A stretch of DNA of 63,610 nucleotides, the filler included, from Licmophora abbreviata (taxonomy: Eukaryota): assembly GCA_900291995.1 (NCBI GenBank). It is 13 parts of 13 records of this genome, joined end to end, with 100 filler letters (N's around TTAATTAATTAA, not from the genome) between each part and the next. Parts side by side here need not be neighbours in the genome. Positions count along the whole stretch, not along the records: positions 1 to 5,721 come from OLMU01004431.1; positions 5,822 to 13,779 come from OLMU01004433.1; 11 more parts are not named here. One strand, 5' to 3'. Shown here in pieces: positions 1-9,350 of this stretch (position 1 is the first letter of the stretch; every line of letters starts with the position of its first letter). The position numbers and the translations under genes are program-made. The notes beneath the pieces were generated by a model. It made no database searches. It was not told the DNA's origin and was given only the letters and a program-made list of their open reading frames with translations.

Positions 1-411
1 TGTGCTGAATGTCAGTGGTCATCGCATTGGCACTGCCGAGGTGGAGAGCGCGCTTGTACTTCATCCAGCGGTTGCGCAGGCCGCCGTTGTGGGAAAGCCC
101 CACGATATCAAGGGCCAGAGCATTTGTGCCTTTGCTATGCTAGCTGTCGGGTACGAGGAAGCGGAGTCGCTTGTCAAGGAGCTTCGACAGATGGTACGCA
201 CGGAGATTGGGGCGTTTGCATCTCCCGATATGATTGTTGTGTGTCCGAGTCTTCCCATGACGCGAGTGGGAAGATCATGCGGCGCATTCTTCGCAAGATC
301 GTCGCGGGTGAGACAGATAGCTTGGGAGACACCAGTACGTTAGCAGACCCAACAATTGTCGACACCTTGATCGAAAAGGTCAAGGCGATCGAGGCAGGCA
401 AGGCTTGGTAA
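1..411 (+). CDS. ACS: Acetyl-CoA synthetase, C-terminal part (5' truncated; apparent 1-nt deletion at ~263-265)
   Basis: [17 protein letters not shown] and [11 protein letters not shown] in one frame; [17 protein letters not shown]...[10 protein letters not shown] continues in another frame. The LPxTRSGK motif is restored by adding one base at 263-265. Confidence 0.93.
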   Translation, partial: CAECQWSSHWHCRGGERACTSSSGCAGRRCGKAPRYQGPEHLCLCYASCRVRGSGVACQGASTDGTHGDWGVCISRYDCCVSESSHDASGKIMRRILRKIVAGETDSLGDTSTLADPTIVDTLIEKVKAIEAGKAW

Positions 412-630
412 TTCTAGTAATGGCGATTGATTTCATCTAGGCGATTGGGTGATCTCATGTCATGAATGAGGGCGCGTGGAATCACTGGTAACGAACACGC
501 GAGTAATTGTGATAGTTAAAATGGTAACGTAAACAAACCGAAACATGGTAACGTTAATGCATGCGCATCGAAAGAGTCCCTTCTGGTCCCATCTATGTAG
601 CTCTACGAATGTCTAGCTTGCTATTACTTG

Positions 631-2034
631 CTAGTCACCCTTTCCTCCTTTGGTGCCAAAGACGTCAGGGAGTTCCGCCCAGCACCTGGCATACTCCAAA
701 TCCCGATGCGGACACGACAGCGCATATCGACTCGATTTCATCAAGCAGCTCGTTTCAAACATAAACGCCAGTCCTCCTTCAAACTTGGTTGGTTGTTTAC
801 ACTCATCTTGAACTGCCTTTTGATAGGACACTGCATCTGGCCCATGCGGTGTCATCGTAGGGTGCAAGGTGGCTCCGCCAGGCACGAACTCCACCTTGGC
901 ATCGTACGACCCCGAGATAAGACCCATAAATTCACTCATAGTGTTGCGATGAAACCATGGCGGCCGAAACGTGTTGGAGTCGGTCGCCAATATGCGGGGC
1001 GGAAAAATGACAAAATCCGCCAAGGCAGTCCCACTCTCGCCATTGCCCACCACAGTGAGGACGGTGTAAATACTGGGGTCCAAGTGATCGAACGAAACTG
1101 AATTGACGGCACAGAACTTGCTTAGATCATACTTGAAGGGCACATAGTTTCCATGCCACGCCACAACATTGTAGGGAGAATGCGAACTCGCGCGAGCAAA
1201 GAGTTGTCCTCCAAACTTGTTGAGGATGGTACACGGCTCGCTGGAGACACCATCGTACCAAGCAGTCGGATGGTAGACATCTCTGACATTCACAAGTCCA
1301 TTCGATCCAATCGGACCCAATTCCGGCAGCTGAAAGTGACCCTTGAACACTTCTAGGACATAACCACGAGCATACTCTTCTTGAACTTTGTACCGATGCA
1401 CGGAAAAGACCACGCCTCTGGGAATGACCGAAATTTCTCCCGGATGCACAATGATTCTTCCCATTTCCGTATATATCAGTAACGATCCCTGCTGAGGTAC
1501 AATGAGAAAGTCCCCATCGCTGTTGTAAAGGTGCTGGTGATTCATGTTTTGCGTAAAGGTGTATAGCGAAATGCTGAGGCCATTCTTATCAAGAGGAGAT
1601 CCACTCATACTGTAAGTATGGAGGCCAGTGACAAAATTGGTGTGGGTCTCGTGCGTCGTCATCACGGGTGGCTTCCAACGGAGTGGATTGGGGTCAACGA
1701 CAAAGTCTTGCGATGGATCCGCGTGGCCAAAGTACTTCAGCAGCGAGTACTCCTGCAGCGCGTGGTGTGTCCCCACGACGCTGGGCAGACGACGGTACAA
1801 CCAAACGCGTCGATTGGCACTGCGCGGTGCCGTAAAGGCGGTGCCACTGAGCTGTTCGGTGTAGAGATCCAAGGGGACCAGTCGGGGATTGTTGCGACCG
1901 CGGGGGAGCGAGCCCTGGACGGCTTCGCTTTCGAACGAATTGGCAAAGCCGGTCTGATAGGGAACGCCATCTTGTACAACAACACTCGTGCTCAAAGGTG
2001 CCTCGTCGGAAGCGCGAGACGCAGCAGTAGACAT
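631..2034 (-). CDS. HGD: Homogentisate 1,2-dioxygenase
   Basis: LYTEQLSGTAFTAPR, NSDGDFLIVPQQG, LPELGPIGSNGL, DHLDPSIYTVLT, TFRPPWFHRNTMSEFMGLI, PHGPD, LAFMFET motifs. Confidence 0.97.
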   Translation of the reverse strand: MSTAASRASDEAPLSTSVVVQDGVPYQTGFANSFESEAVQGSLPRGRNNPRLVPLDLYTEQLSGTAFTAPRSANRRVWLYRRLPSVVGTHHALQEYSLLKYFGHADPSQDFVVDPNPLRWKPPVMTTHETHTNFVTGLHTYSMSGSPLDKNGLSISLYTFTQNMNHQHLYNSDGDFLIVPQQGSLLIYTEMGRIIVHPGEISVIPRGVVFSVHRYKVQEEYARGYVLEVFKGHFQLPELGPIGSNGLVNVRDVYHPTAWYDGVSSEPCTILNKFGGQLFARASSHSPYNVVAWHGNYVPFKYDLSKFCAVNSVSFDHLDPSIYTVLTVVGNGESGTALADFVIFPPRILATDSNTFRPPWFHRNTMSEFMGLISGSYDAKVEFVPGGATLHPTMTPHGPDAVSYQKAVQDECKQPTKFEGGLAFMFETSCLMKSSRYALSCPHRDLEYARCWAELPDVFGTKGGKGD

Positions 2035-2325
2035 GAAAGGGACAGTTGAAGGATGAAGAGAGAACAGATCAACACAGCAAGCAATCGTGACAATGATGAC
2101 GACACCCGAAGAGAATTCTCATGATCTGCGTCGTGTCATCAAGTTCAAAGTTTGTGTCCCAAGTTTGTGTTCGCATACAGGTCGAATGCTTCGACTCAAT
2201 CTGCCAGATGTGATGACCACTTCGACTCACTTTCATGGCGAAGTCGCGCGCCATTTTTTTCGAAGACGATGGCATTGGCCACCGGTGGGGGAGAACCGGT
2301 GTAGGAGCAGCGACACTTCGCCATC

Positions 2326-3939
2326 ATGCATGCTTCTTCCACAGACGCCGATGCGGCGAGAGCCGTGTCTGATGCTGAGACGCAAGCCACCCTGGAGGTA
2401 TTGCAAGCACAGATTCGAAGCACCTACCGTCCTCCGGGCCCGTCCACGGGAGCCGTCGTGACCTACAGCAGCAGCGATCAGCCGCAGCCGTCCGCACAGC
2501 CCTTGGAGATGGAGTACGTCCGTAATCCCGACGGATCAGTCTTGCTGGACCACACGGGAGTTCCTATCACCATCGCTCGTCTTCTCGCTACGAAACCGCT
2601 CAAAGCCGAACTCAGCACCCGACCTGGACCGGGCAATCGCAAGCTTACGTACATTTCTGGCGACGGCGTGACACGCACCCTCAATGACATTTTCGGCTTT
2701 GATGGGTGGCATCTCCAGATCGTCGAGACGCATCGCGAGTGTTGCGAAAAGGAAGCAAACAAGTACTATGTCGTCTTTCGAGCGACGGTGCGAGTGACAC
2801 ACGCCAAGACGGGCACTCACAAGGAAGACTGTGGGGCCGGGGATGCCACGGATCGGAACTTGGGAACGGCGATTGCCAATGCGCTCAAGGCGTCCATCAC
2901 AGATGCCATGAAGCGAGCGGCGCGGCATTTTGGAGAGAAACTGGGGAACTGTGAGTCGAATCATGACGAGTGACATGTGGTGCTGCGTCGCTGCGTCGTC
3001 GTGTTGCCAGTACTGACCATCACTTCTCTGATCGTAGCTCTTTACTCAGGAAACTTCAGTGTCAACAAGGCCCCCAAGAACCTGAAGGATGCACTGGACC
3101 AAGCGGACATTGAGCGGGCCAAGAGCAAGTTTGGATTCCCGAAGGATCGAGTGGCGGCGCTCGATGCTGCCGCGTCTGCCGCAACGCATCCTCCTCTGAC
3201 TGGACCACTGGGAGCACCGACCAGCAACCCACGCGGCTCAATTACGTCACTTCCTCCCCCACCGCCAGTCCTTTGTCAGCCTCCTGGCTGTCCCGGACTC
3301 CCTAGCGCGACTGCTCTCCCTTCAAGTACCGTAACCCAGACGCCCCGCCCGCATAATTCTCGTATCCCTGCACTCCCTACGACAGGCAAAGTAGGCACCA
3401 ACGGCCCAGTCACCGCTACCAACGCGGTCACACCATCCGTTTCCAGCGCATCGAGCTCCATGGGCCCAGCTGCAGGGACTCGCTACAACGCACGACCAGT
3501 CCCCACCTTTCAGCACCAGACCTCGACAGAATGCAAGCCAGCGGATGGCATATCGGCAGCTCACCCTCTCGACGGCCACACACTTCTTCTTCCGCCCATG
3601 GACGCTCTCAAGCAAGGGGGGTCGAAGAGCCAGCCGTCTCAGCGCTCATGCCCCCCTCCAACAGCAACAGAAGGCTTGCAAACCAGCACTCTATTTGGTC
3701 TCTCTCAGTTCGCGGCCGGAAACAAGCATCAGCCAGCGAAGGAAAACGAGGCAGCTTCAATTCTTTCCATGAAACGCCCAAGTACAGCGACGGGACGTAA
3801 ATCGAGCGACGCCATTACTTCCATTGCCACCAAGCGCCCGTTGGTGGCGCTTCCTGCCAATGCGGCCGACCCCTCCCATCCGGCGAACAAGAAGACCAAC
3901 GTCAACCCATACAAGAATGATGGTGGGACGACTGTGTAA
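2326..3939 (+). CDS. RAD52: Rad52/Rad22 DNA annealing protein; intron 2951-3037
   Basis: STRPGPGNRKLTYI, LNDIFGFDGW, HKEDCGAG, KASITDAMKRAARHFGEKLGN|SLY. Intron GTGAGT...TACTGAC...TAG joins the two ORFs in frame; disordered Pro/Ser-rich C-terminus. Confidence 0.92.
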
Positions 3940-4053
3940 CAGCCAAAGCGCCTAGATCCATCTCAGTCGGTCAGATTGACCCGAGGCAACTACATGCTTC
4001 TATAATTAGATCCATACGTACCGAACTACTGTACAACGAAAATCAAGTGCTCC

Positions 4054-5721
4054 TTATCTACATAGTAAATCATACAGTGACGCCGCCTCGTCTGGGTCGT
4101 AGGTTTGCCTTGTATATTCGTCCATACGACTCACCGCGTCTGGCGTAATTCTCCCCGCGGCCACTTCTTTTGCCAATGGTATGGAGAGGACACTGGGGTC
4201 GGCTGGACGCGCATTGTCCTTGGGCAATACTGACATGCGACGCGTGTCCGCGCCACCCACAGGCCAGTATTCGTCCATGTGTTGCCGCAAGAAGCCAACC
4301 CATACGTTCCAGTCTTCGGCACGAACGTACTCGAGAGGACATTTCTGGAGTTGATCTTCTATCAGAAGTTGGTTGGCATCGGCATCAAGCAGCACCTTGG
4401 CCGATATTTGAGAAAAATTGCCTGACCAGGCGACATGGTGGAGAGGCGTTCTTCCAAAACTGTCAGCAACCTGGAGGTCGCTTCCGTGATCGACCAGGCA
4501 CTGAAAGACCTGGGAGTTTCCTCGTTTGCAGACGAGATGAAGACTGTCGTCACCAAAGTTGTTGGTAGGATTGGGCGACAATCCACAGTCCAACATAGAG
4601 GACAGAAGCTGAACATCCCCTGTATTGCAGGCCTTGACGAGCTCGGAACCAAAACTTGCTCGCTGTAAAGGTGAAGCCTTCTTGTAGTACCCAGCATTGG
4701 CACTGGACATGTGCTCCATGGGATACCCGCGTTCCTTCAGAATGGCTGCGAGGTAATCCTGTGGCGAGCCGGAGAATGAGAACTTCTTCTTGTCCGATGG
4801 CAGGTCGGGTCGACCTGGCTTGGTCTTGACAATACCACAGACGGCACGAGCGGGAGGTTGCTTTGTCATGAGCTGATCGACATGCGATTTTGCAGGTTTC
4901 CTTATCGGTACCGGTACCGGTATCGAAACCACCTGCATCGGAGCTGATTCCTCCGGGTCCGGTAGGCCAAGGCCAAAATCATCACTTCCAATCGACGAGC
5001 AGGGCCGCATTAGAAAGCTATCTTCCGATACAGGCGTGTCTCTAACCACGGTTAAAAGCTCGCTCACTCTACATTCGTCAACAACAGAAGGATACAAGGA
5101 TGACGATCGAGCACCTTCAATCCGTGGCTCCACATCTGCCCCAAGGAAGAGCGCCTGGCGGCCCTCCTGTGTGGGCGATTGCAAAGAGCCGACAATGCCA
5201 CTAGACGTAGCGTTCACAGGAGGCGCTCCCACAGCCTTTCCAGTGGGAGTTGTCGTCGTGGGTGAATCTGAAGAAAGAAGAGAGAGAGAAAGAGAATAAA
5301 CGGGAACCACCGTCGGATACATGAGATATCGTAAGCATGTCGACGCCGCCTGCATCGACGTCAAGAGAGCCATACCTGCAGGAGCGAACTCTGGATTTTT
5401 CATTGCCTCCTGCGCTGCATTTGCCAATTCATTGATCTGCTGATCCACTTTTGCTTTCTCCGACTGACTTGGTGCGCTCACTGTGTCCACTACTCTGGCA
5501 GGAATAGCAGCGTTCATGTCCTCTACTGAAGAAGGCAAAGCCGTGTCGAGGAAGCTTGATATGTTGCTACCCAGCTGGGGCGGCATTGGAGCACAGACTT
5601 GAGCAGCCATGGGCACCGGTAATGTTACCGCAGTCGGCTGAAACATTGGCAGAACATTTGTTTGTTGAAGAGAAGCCAGGGCATTCACAATCTGCGGAGA
5701 CAACTGCTGATTGGACGGCCC
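4054..5721 (-). CDS. Ankyrin-repeat protein (5' end lost in gap; probable in-frame intron 5268-5375)
   Basis: NNFGDDSLHLVCKRGN, DSFGRTPLHHVAWSG and KCPLEY ankyrin-like repeats after a low-complexity N-terminal region. Confidence 0.8.
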   Translation of the reverse strand, partial: GPSNQQLSPQIVNALASLQQTNVLPMFQPTAVTLPVPMAAQVCAPMPPQLGSNISSFLDTALPSSVEDMNAAIPARVVDTVSAPSQSEKAKVDQQINELANAAQEAMKNPEFAPAGMALLTSMQAASTCLRYLMYPTVVPVYSLSLSLLSSDSPTTTTPTGKAVGAPPVNATSSGIVGSLQSPTQEGRQALFLGADVEPRIEGARSSSLYPSVVDECRVSELLTVVRDTPVSEDSFLMRPCSSIGSDDFGLGLPDPEESAPMQVVSIPVPVPIRKPAKSHVDQLMTKQPPARAVCGIVKTKPGRPDLPSDKKKFSFSGSPQDYLAAILKERGYPMEHMSSANAGYYKKASPLQRASFGSELVKACNTGDVQLLSSMLDCGLSPNPTNNFGDDSLHLVCKRGNSQVFQCLVDHGSDLQVADSFGRTPLHHVAWSGNFSQISAKVLLDADANQLLIEDQLQKCPLEYVRAEDWNVWVGFLRQHMDEYWPVGGADTRRMSVLPKDNARPADPSVLSIPLAKEVAAGRITPDAVSRMDEYTRQTYDPDEAASLYDLLCR

Positions 5722-5821
5722 NNNNNNNNNNNNNNNNNNNNNNNNNNNNNNNNNNNNNNNNNNNNTTAATTAATTAANNNNNNNNNNNNNNNNNNNNNNN
5801 NNNNNNNNNNNNNNNNNNNNN
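5722..5821. other. Artificial scaffold spacer N44-TTAATTAATTAA-N44 (also at 13780, 15724, 17403, 22241, 25345, 26684, 36479, 38204, 39614, 55321, 60987)
   Basis: Twelve identical 100-nt blocks with a palindromic six-frame-stop core. Confidence 0.98.
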
Positions 5822-5846
5822 AAAAGTAAGTTCTCGACCACCATCC

Positions 5847-6491
5847 ATGACCATGACGGAAACAGCGTCGATACGGCAGCGGCTGGAAGACCCAGACACA
5901 CCAAATAAATCGAAAGAGGACATTTGTATAGTAAAAGAGGAAGAGAGGCTGTCATGTGTAGTAGAAGTACCGAATGACAATCCACAGAGAGAAAAAGTCG
6001 ACACGACTAACACAGGCACTACAAGTGTTACAACAGCTGCACATCAGGAGGACACCTCCACTACTACTCTTTCGACTTGCAGGTTGTATATTGGTGGTTT
6101 GCACCCACGATTAGCACAAGTACACTTGGAGAAACTGCTACAGCCCTATGGAACGATTCGACAGCTATCGCTATGCCGCCCATCCCAGGCAACCACACCA
6201 AAATCAGCCCACTGCAGCTACTACTATGCCTTTTGCGAGTACGCGTCTACCGATCAAGCGCAGGCAGCCATGAATCAATTGCACAACCGAACGTTACTGG
6301 GAAAGACATTGGTGGTGCGACCTGCCAAGGAACGAACTGGTAGTGCTGCTGCAGCGAGACAACGCACGGTGTACTCTACTAGTACTTCTTCTTCTTCTTC
6401 CTTGAACAAGCCGATACATCAACTACAAAAGGCGATTGACTCTCGTATACGAGCAGTCAAGCGGAAATTACAAGAAAAGCGGGCGTCATGA
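5847..6491 (+). CDS. Single-RRM RNA-binding protein, RBM18-like
   Basis: RNP2 LYIGGL, RNP1-like YYAFCEY, LHNRTLLGKTLVVRPA and C-terminal SRIRAVKRKL resemble RBM18. Confidence 0.8.
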   Translation: MTMTETASIRQRLEDPDTPNKSKEDICIVKEEERLSCVVEVPNDNPQREKVDTTNTGTTSVTTAAHQEDTSTTTLSTCRLYIGGLHPRLAQVHLEKLLQPYGTIRQLSLCRPSQATTPKSAHCSYYYAFCEYASTDQAQAAMNQLHNRTLLGKTLVVRPAKERTGSAAAARQRTVYSTSTSSSSSLNKPIHQLQKAIDSRIRAVKRKLQEKRAS

Positions 6492-6624
6492 AGTATTGGT
6501 GTGTAGAACGTTTGCCAACTGCTATTTTAGTAATTCTCAGATGAAAATGTTTGCCTACTTCCGTCACGTGCTCGCGCCGTGTTTACTCGAAGCCAAAACT
6601 CAACAATCAAGACGCATGCGCGCT

Positions 6625-7371
6625 CTACCATCCTCCATCACCTTCCAGATCTGCCACTGGTGACACAAACGACGCACTATCCCACGACGTTTCCAATTCA
6701 TACGGTTCGCTAATCAACGTTTCACCCGCATCGTTGACCTTGGCAATCTGAATCCGATTCGAGGCTCGACAATCACGATAAAACAAGACACGCATGCAGT
6801 CTTCCAATAAGGCACGCGCTTCTCCCTCTTGCAAGTCCGGCTTGTACTTTTCCCGCAGCAAGGGAATGGCAAGGTAGGAACCGAATCCCGTCGCCACCAT
6901 GTTGTCTTCAAACGTCGTTCCGATCTTGTCAATCCAGCCCAAGAAGGTCTTGCCGGTCGCATCTCTTCCCGCAATGACCAAATCATTCCAGAGTGGATCC
7001 ATCTTGTTACGACGATTGTACATGACCGCACGAAGGTAGTTCCAGAGCTCCTTGGCATTGCTGTTGTTGTCCTCATACAAGGAACTAGCCGTACAGTCCT
7101 CTTCGAGCGCATTGGCCTTTAGCAGATCAATGATCGTTTGGAAGTCACTGTACTCTCCACCCGCACCCACGAGCGTACCCTTGATGGATTGAAGGCGTCG
7201 GGCGTCCTTGTATTTGGCCATGCTTCCGTAGGAGCAGAGCGTATCGGCCGCGAGCATGACGCCGCCGTCGTACTTGAGGCCCAACACGGACGTGCCCGTG
7301 ACGATGGGACGTGTCGTGCGTTCTTTCGAGCCGGCAGAAGCAGCTGAAGTTGTCGACAGAGAAAGAGACAT
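6625..7371 (-). CDS. PSMB4: 20S proteasome subunit beta-7 (PSMB4/Pre4)
   Basis: PIVTGTSVLGLKYDGGVMLAADTLCSYGS, YNRRNKMDPLWN, ATGFGSYLAIPLLR, CMRVLFYRDCR; ATG at 7371. Confidence 0.95.
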   Translation of the reverse strand: MSLSLSTTSAASAGSKERTTRPIVTGTSVLGLKYDGGVMLAADTLCSYGSMAKYKDARRLQSIKGTLVGAGGEYSDFQTIIDLLKANALEEDCTASSLYEDNNSNAKELWNYLRAVMYNRRNKMDPLWNDLVIAGRDATGKTFLGWIDKIGTTFEDNMVATGFGSYLAIPLLREKYKPDLQEGEARALLEDCMRVLFYRDCRASNRIQIAKVNDAGETLISEPYELETSWDSASFVSPVADLEGDGGW

Positions 7372-7853
7372 GACGACGACGAACCACAGGAGCAAGGGGG
7401 AGAAGAGTGAAGGAAGAATGGTGTCTAGAACCAGGAAAGCAAAGACGACAGGGGACAGTGCTTGTGATGGTCGGCGATCGAGTGGAATGAACAAGTCGAT
7501 GGTCAATGTTGTGTAGAACTCAGTACTATTTCTACGTGGATCTATCACGATCTTTGGCCTTCTCTCAATTTTGAGGGATTTTTGCAAGAAAACGAGCTCG
7601 AAGGTGTGCCGAATGAATCGAATCAATCGAATCAGGCCGCGGTCTAGTTCGATTGAGTGAGACTGATTGCACTACATGTACCCTCATATGCTCTCTTTAA
7701 ACAGAGAAGCCAGACCCGCAGTATGACCATATAACATAAGAAAGTTTCAGCAGAAGACAACTCGAACAAAACGCGGGAAAGCGTTCATTGCAATGAGTGC
7801 TAGCTAGGTGTACAGTTAAACTATGTAAAACTTTCTCTACGAGTAGTAGTCTA

Positions 7854-9131
7854 CTACGACTTGGAAGAACGTGTAGCATCCTGCCCACCATCCTCCTCTT
7901 CCTTGTCAAAGAATTTGTCTTGCTCATACCTCCAGTACTGAACTTTGACTTCTTCTGTCTTTTGCCAGTACACCGACACTTGATCGATGCGATTTATGTT
8001 GACCTTGTGGTTGTGAACGGCAAAGAAATGAAGACATGCGCGTTTGCTCGGGAAGCCGTCCCAGTCGTCCATAATGACAAAGCCGCCAAGGCTGACTTTC
8101 TCATACAAGTGATACAGAACATCGACAGTAGACTCGTACATATCACCGTCCAGTCTCATGATACTGATTTTGTCCAGCTTGGAAGCAAGTGGCCTCATGG
8201 TTTCATTGAAAAAACCCTTGACAAAAACTACATTCGGGTCCATGACTCCCGCTTCACGGAAGTTCGTGGCCACTTGCTCGTCAGACACTTCGAGATAAGG
8301 TGCATTATCCCACCCTTGATCTTTTTCATCCAGCTTCTTATCCCCAGGCGGCAGTCCCCGAAACGAGTCGCATACAAACGATCGACGATGTCCTTGTCCC
8401 AAACTTCGAAATACGGCACGCGCCAAAATACTACTCCCACCCCGCCATACGCCCGTTTCCACGTAGTCACCCTCGACACTCTCCTTCGCTACTTTTCGAA
8501 TCAATTCTTCTACATTGTCCAGTCTTTTCCGTCCCGTCATGGTGACGCCCAAATACGGCCAGTCATATCCTATATCTCGTAGTTCGGGATGGAGCGTTAC
8601 CAGCTTGCCTTTTGGTTTCGTCACATCAGTTGGAATGCTTTTTTCGTTCCCTCCAAAGACATAGCCTATGACGTGTTGCTTCAACATCTCAAGATAGGTC
8701 GTCACAGCACGGTCGTGAGGAGTTTCCTGGTACCCATGGGTGCGGGCATCGAGCCACTCATAGCGTTGTGTGAGTTGTCGCGTCCATTGTTCGGGGGAGG
8801 CGAGAAGAGGCGTAATGATGACAGAGGAGTCGCTATTGTTGAAATTGTGGTAGAAAGGGTGGTATATTTGATAATGTTCGCCTTGCATATCCGGAAAGGG
8901 AGAATAGGTAATGTCGGATGATGGTGAGGGCATATCAGCTGTAGCGACATTTCCCACGGAAAGCCCGCGACGATCGGTATATCGCAGCAGAGCGAAATTT
9001 TCCACACTGTTTTCCGGCGACCATGTTATTACAATCACAGCAAGAAAGAATAGCAGACTGCTAATCGCCTTGAGGAGCTTGGAGGGGCGAGCAGCATGCT
9101 GCTGTTGGTGGGACCGGGTGACATTCACCAT
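7854..9131 (-). CDS. TylF/MycF/NovP-family O-methyltransferase with N-terminal membrane anchor
   Basis: TMTGRKRLDN, GDYVETGVWRGGS, DSFRGLP, VKGFFNET, RLDGDMYEST, GGFVIMDD; hydrophobic segment near residues 24-37. Confidence 0.9.
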   Translation of the reverse strand: MVNVTRSHQQQHAARPSKLLKAISSLLFFLAVIVITWSPENSVENFALLRYTDRRGLSVGNVATADMPSPSSDITYSPFPDMQGEHYQIYHPFYHNFNNSDSSVIITPLLASPEQWTRQLTQRYEWLDARTHGYQETPHDRAVTTYLEMLKQHVIGYVFGGNEKSIPTDVTKPKGKLVTLHPELRDIGYDWPYLGVTMTGRKRLDNVEELIRKVAKESVEGDYVETGVWRGGSSILARAVFRSLGQGHRRSFVCDSFRGLPPGDKKLDEKDQGWDNAPYLEVSDEQVATNFREAGVMDPNVVFVKGFFNETMRPLASKLDKISIMRLDGDMYESTVDVLYHLYEKVSLGGFVIMDDWDGFPSKRACLHFFAVHNHKVNINRIDQVSVYWQKTEEVKVQYWRYEQDKFFDKEEEDGGQDATRSSKS

Positions 9132-9350
9132 GGCAAAATTGTGAGGACAATCCCAAATGACCGAAAAATTCAGAAGTGTGCTGGGCCTTTTTTGATTATG
9201 GGCCTTCCGAGAAAATGTCTGACATTCTCAGAATGCCATGCACAAGAAGCAAACGAAGGCAAGCCCTTTTTTCGGTACCGTACCTATCATATCATATTCA
9301 TATAGTGTCGGTCTACTCTAACATGTGTTAATAGATTTGCCTATCTTAAT

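Noticed and set aside
255..275. Programmed ribosomal frameshift in acetyl-CoA synthetase
   Set aside because: No slippery heptamer; the break falls inside an invariant motif and homopolymer errors are demonstrable elsewhere in this assembly.
521..554. ATGGTAACGT repeated twice between convergent genes
   Set aside because: Only 10 bp with two copies in a 3' UTR region; no structural or positional support.
5766..5777. TTAATTAATTAA palindrome recurring 12 times, resembling a repeat array or piggyBac target
   Set aside because: Always centred in identical N-runs; it is an artificial six-frame-stop scaffold linker.
7797..8582. Long antisense ORFs (e.g. 7797-8582, 22504-23136, 56094-56708)
   Set aside because: Shadows of well-supported genes on the opposite strand, with no recognisable motifs.
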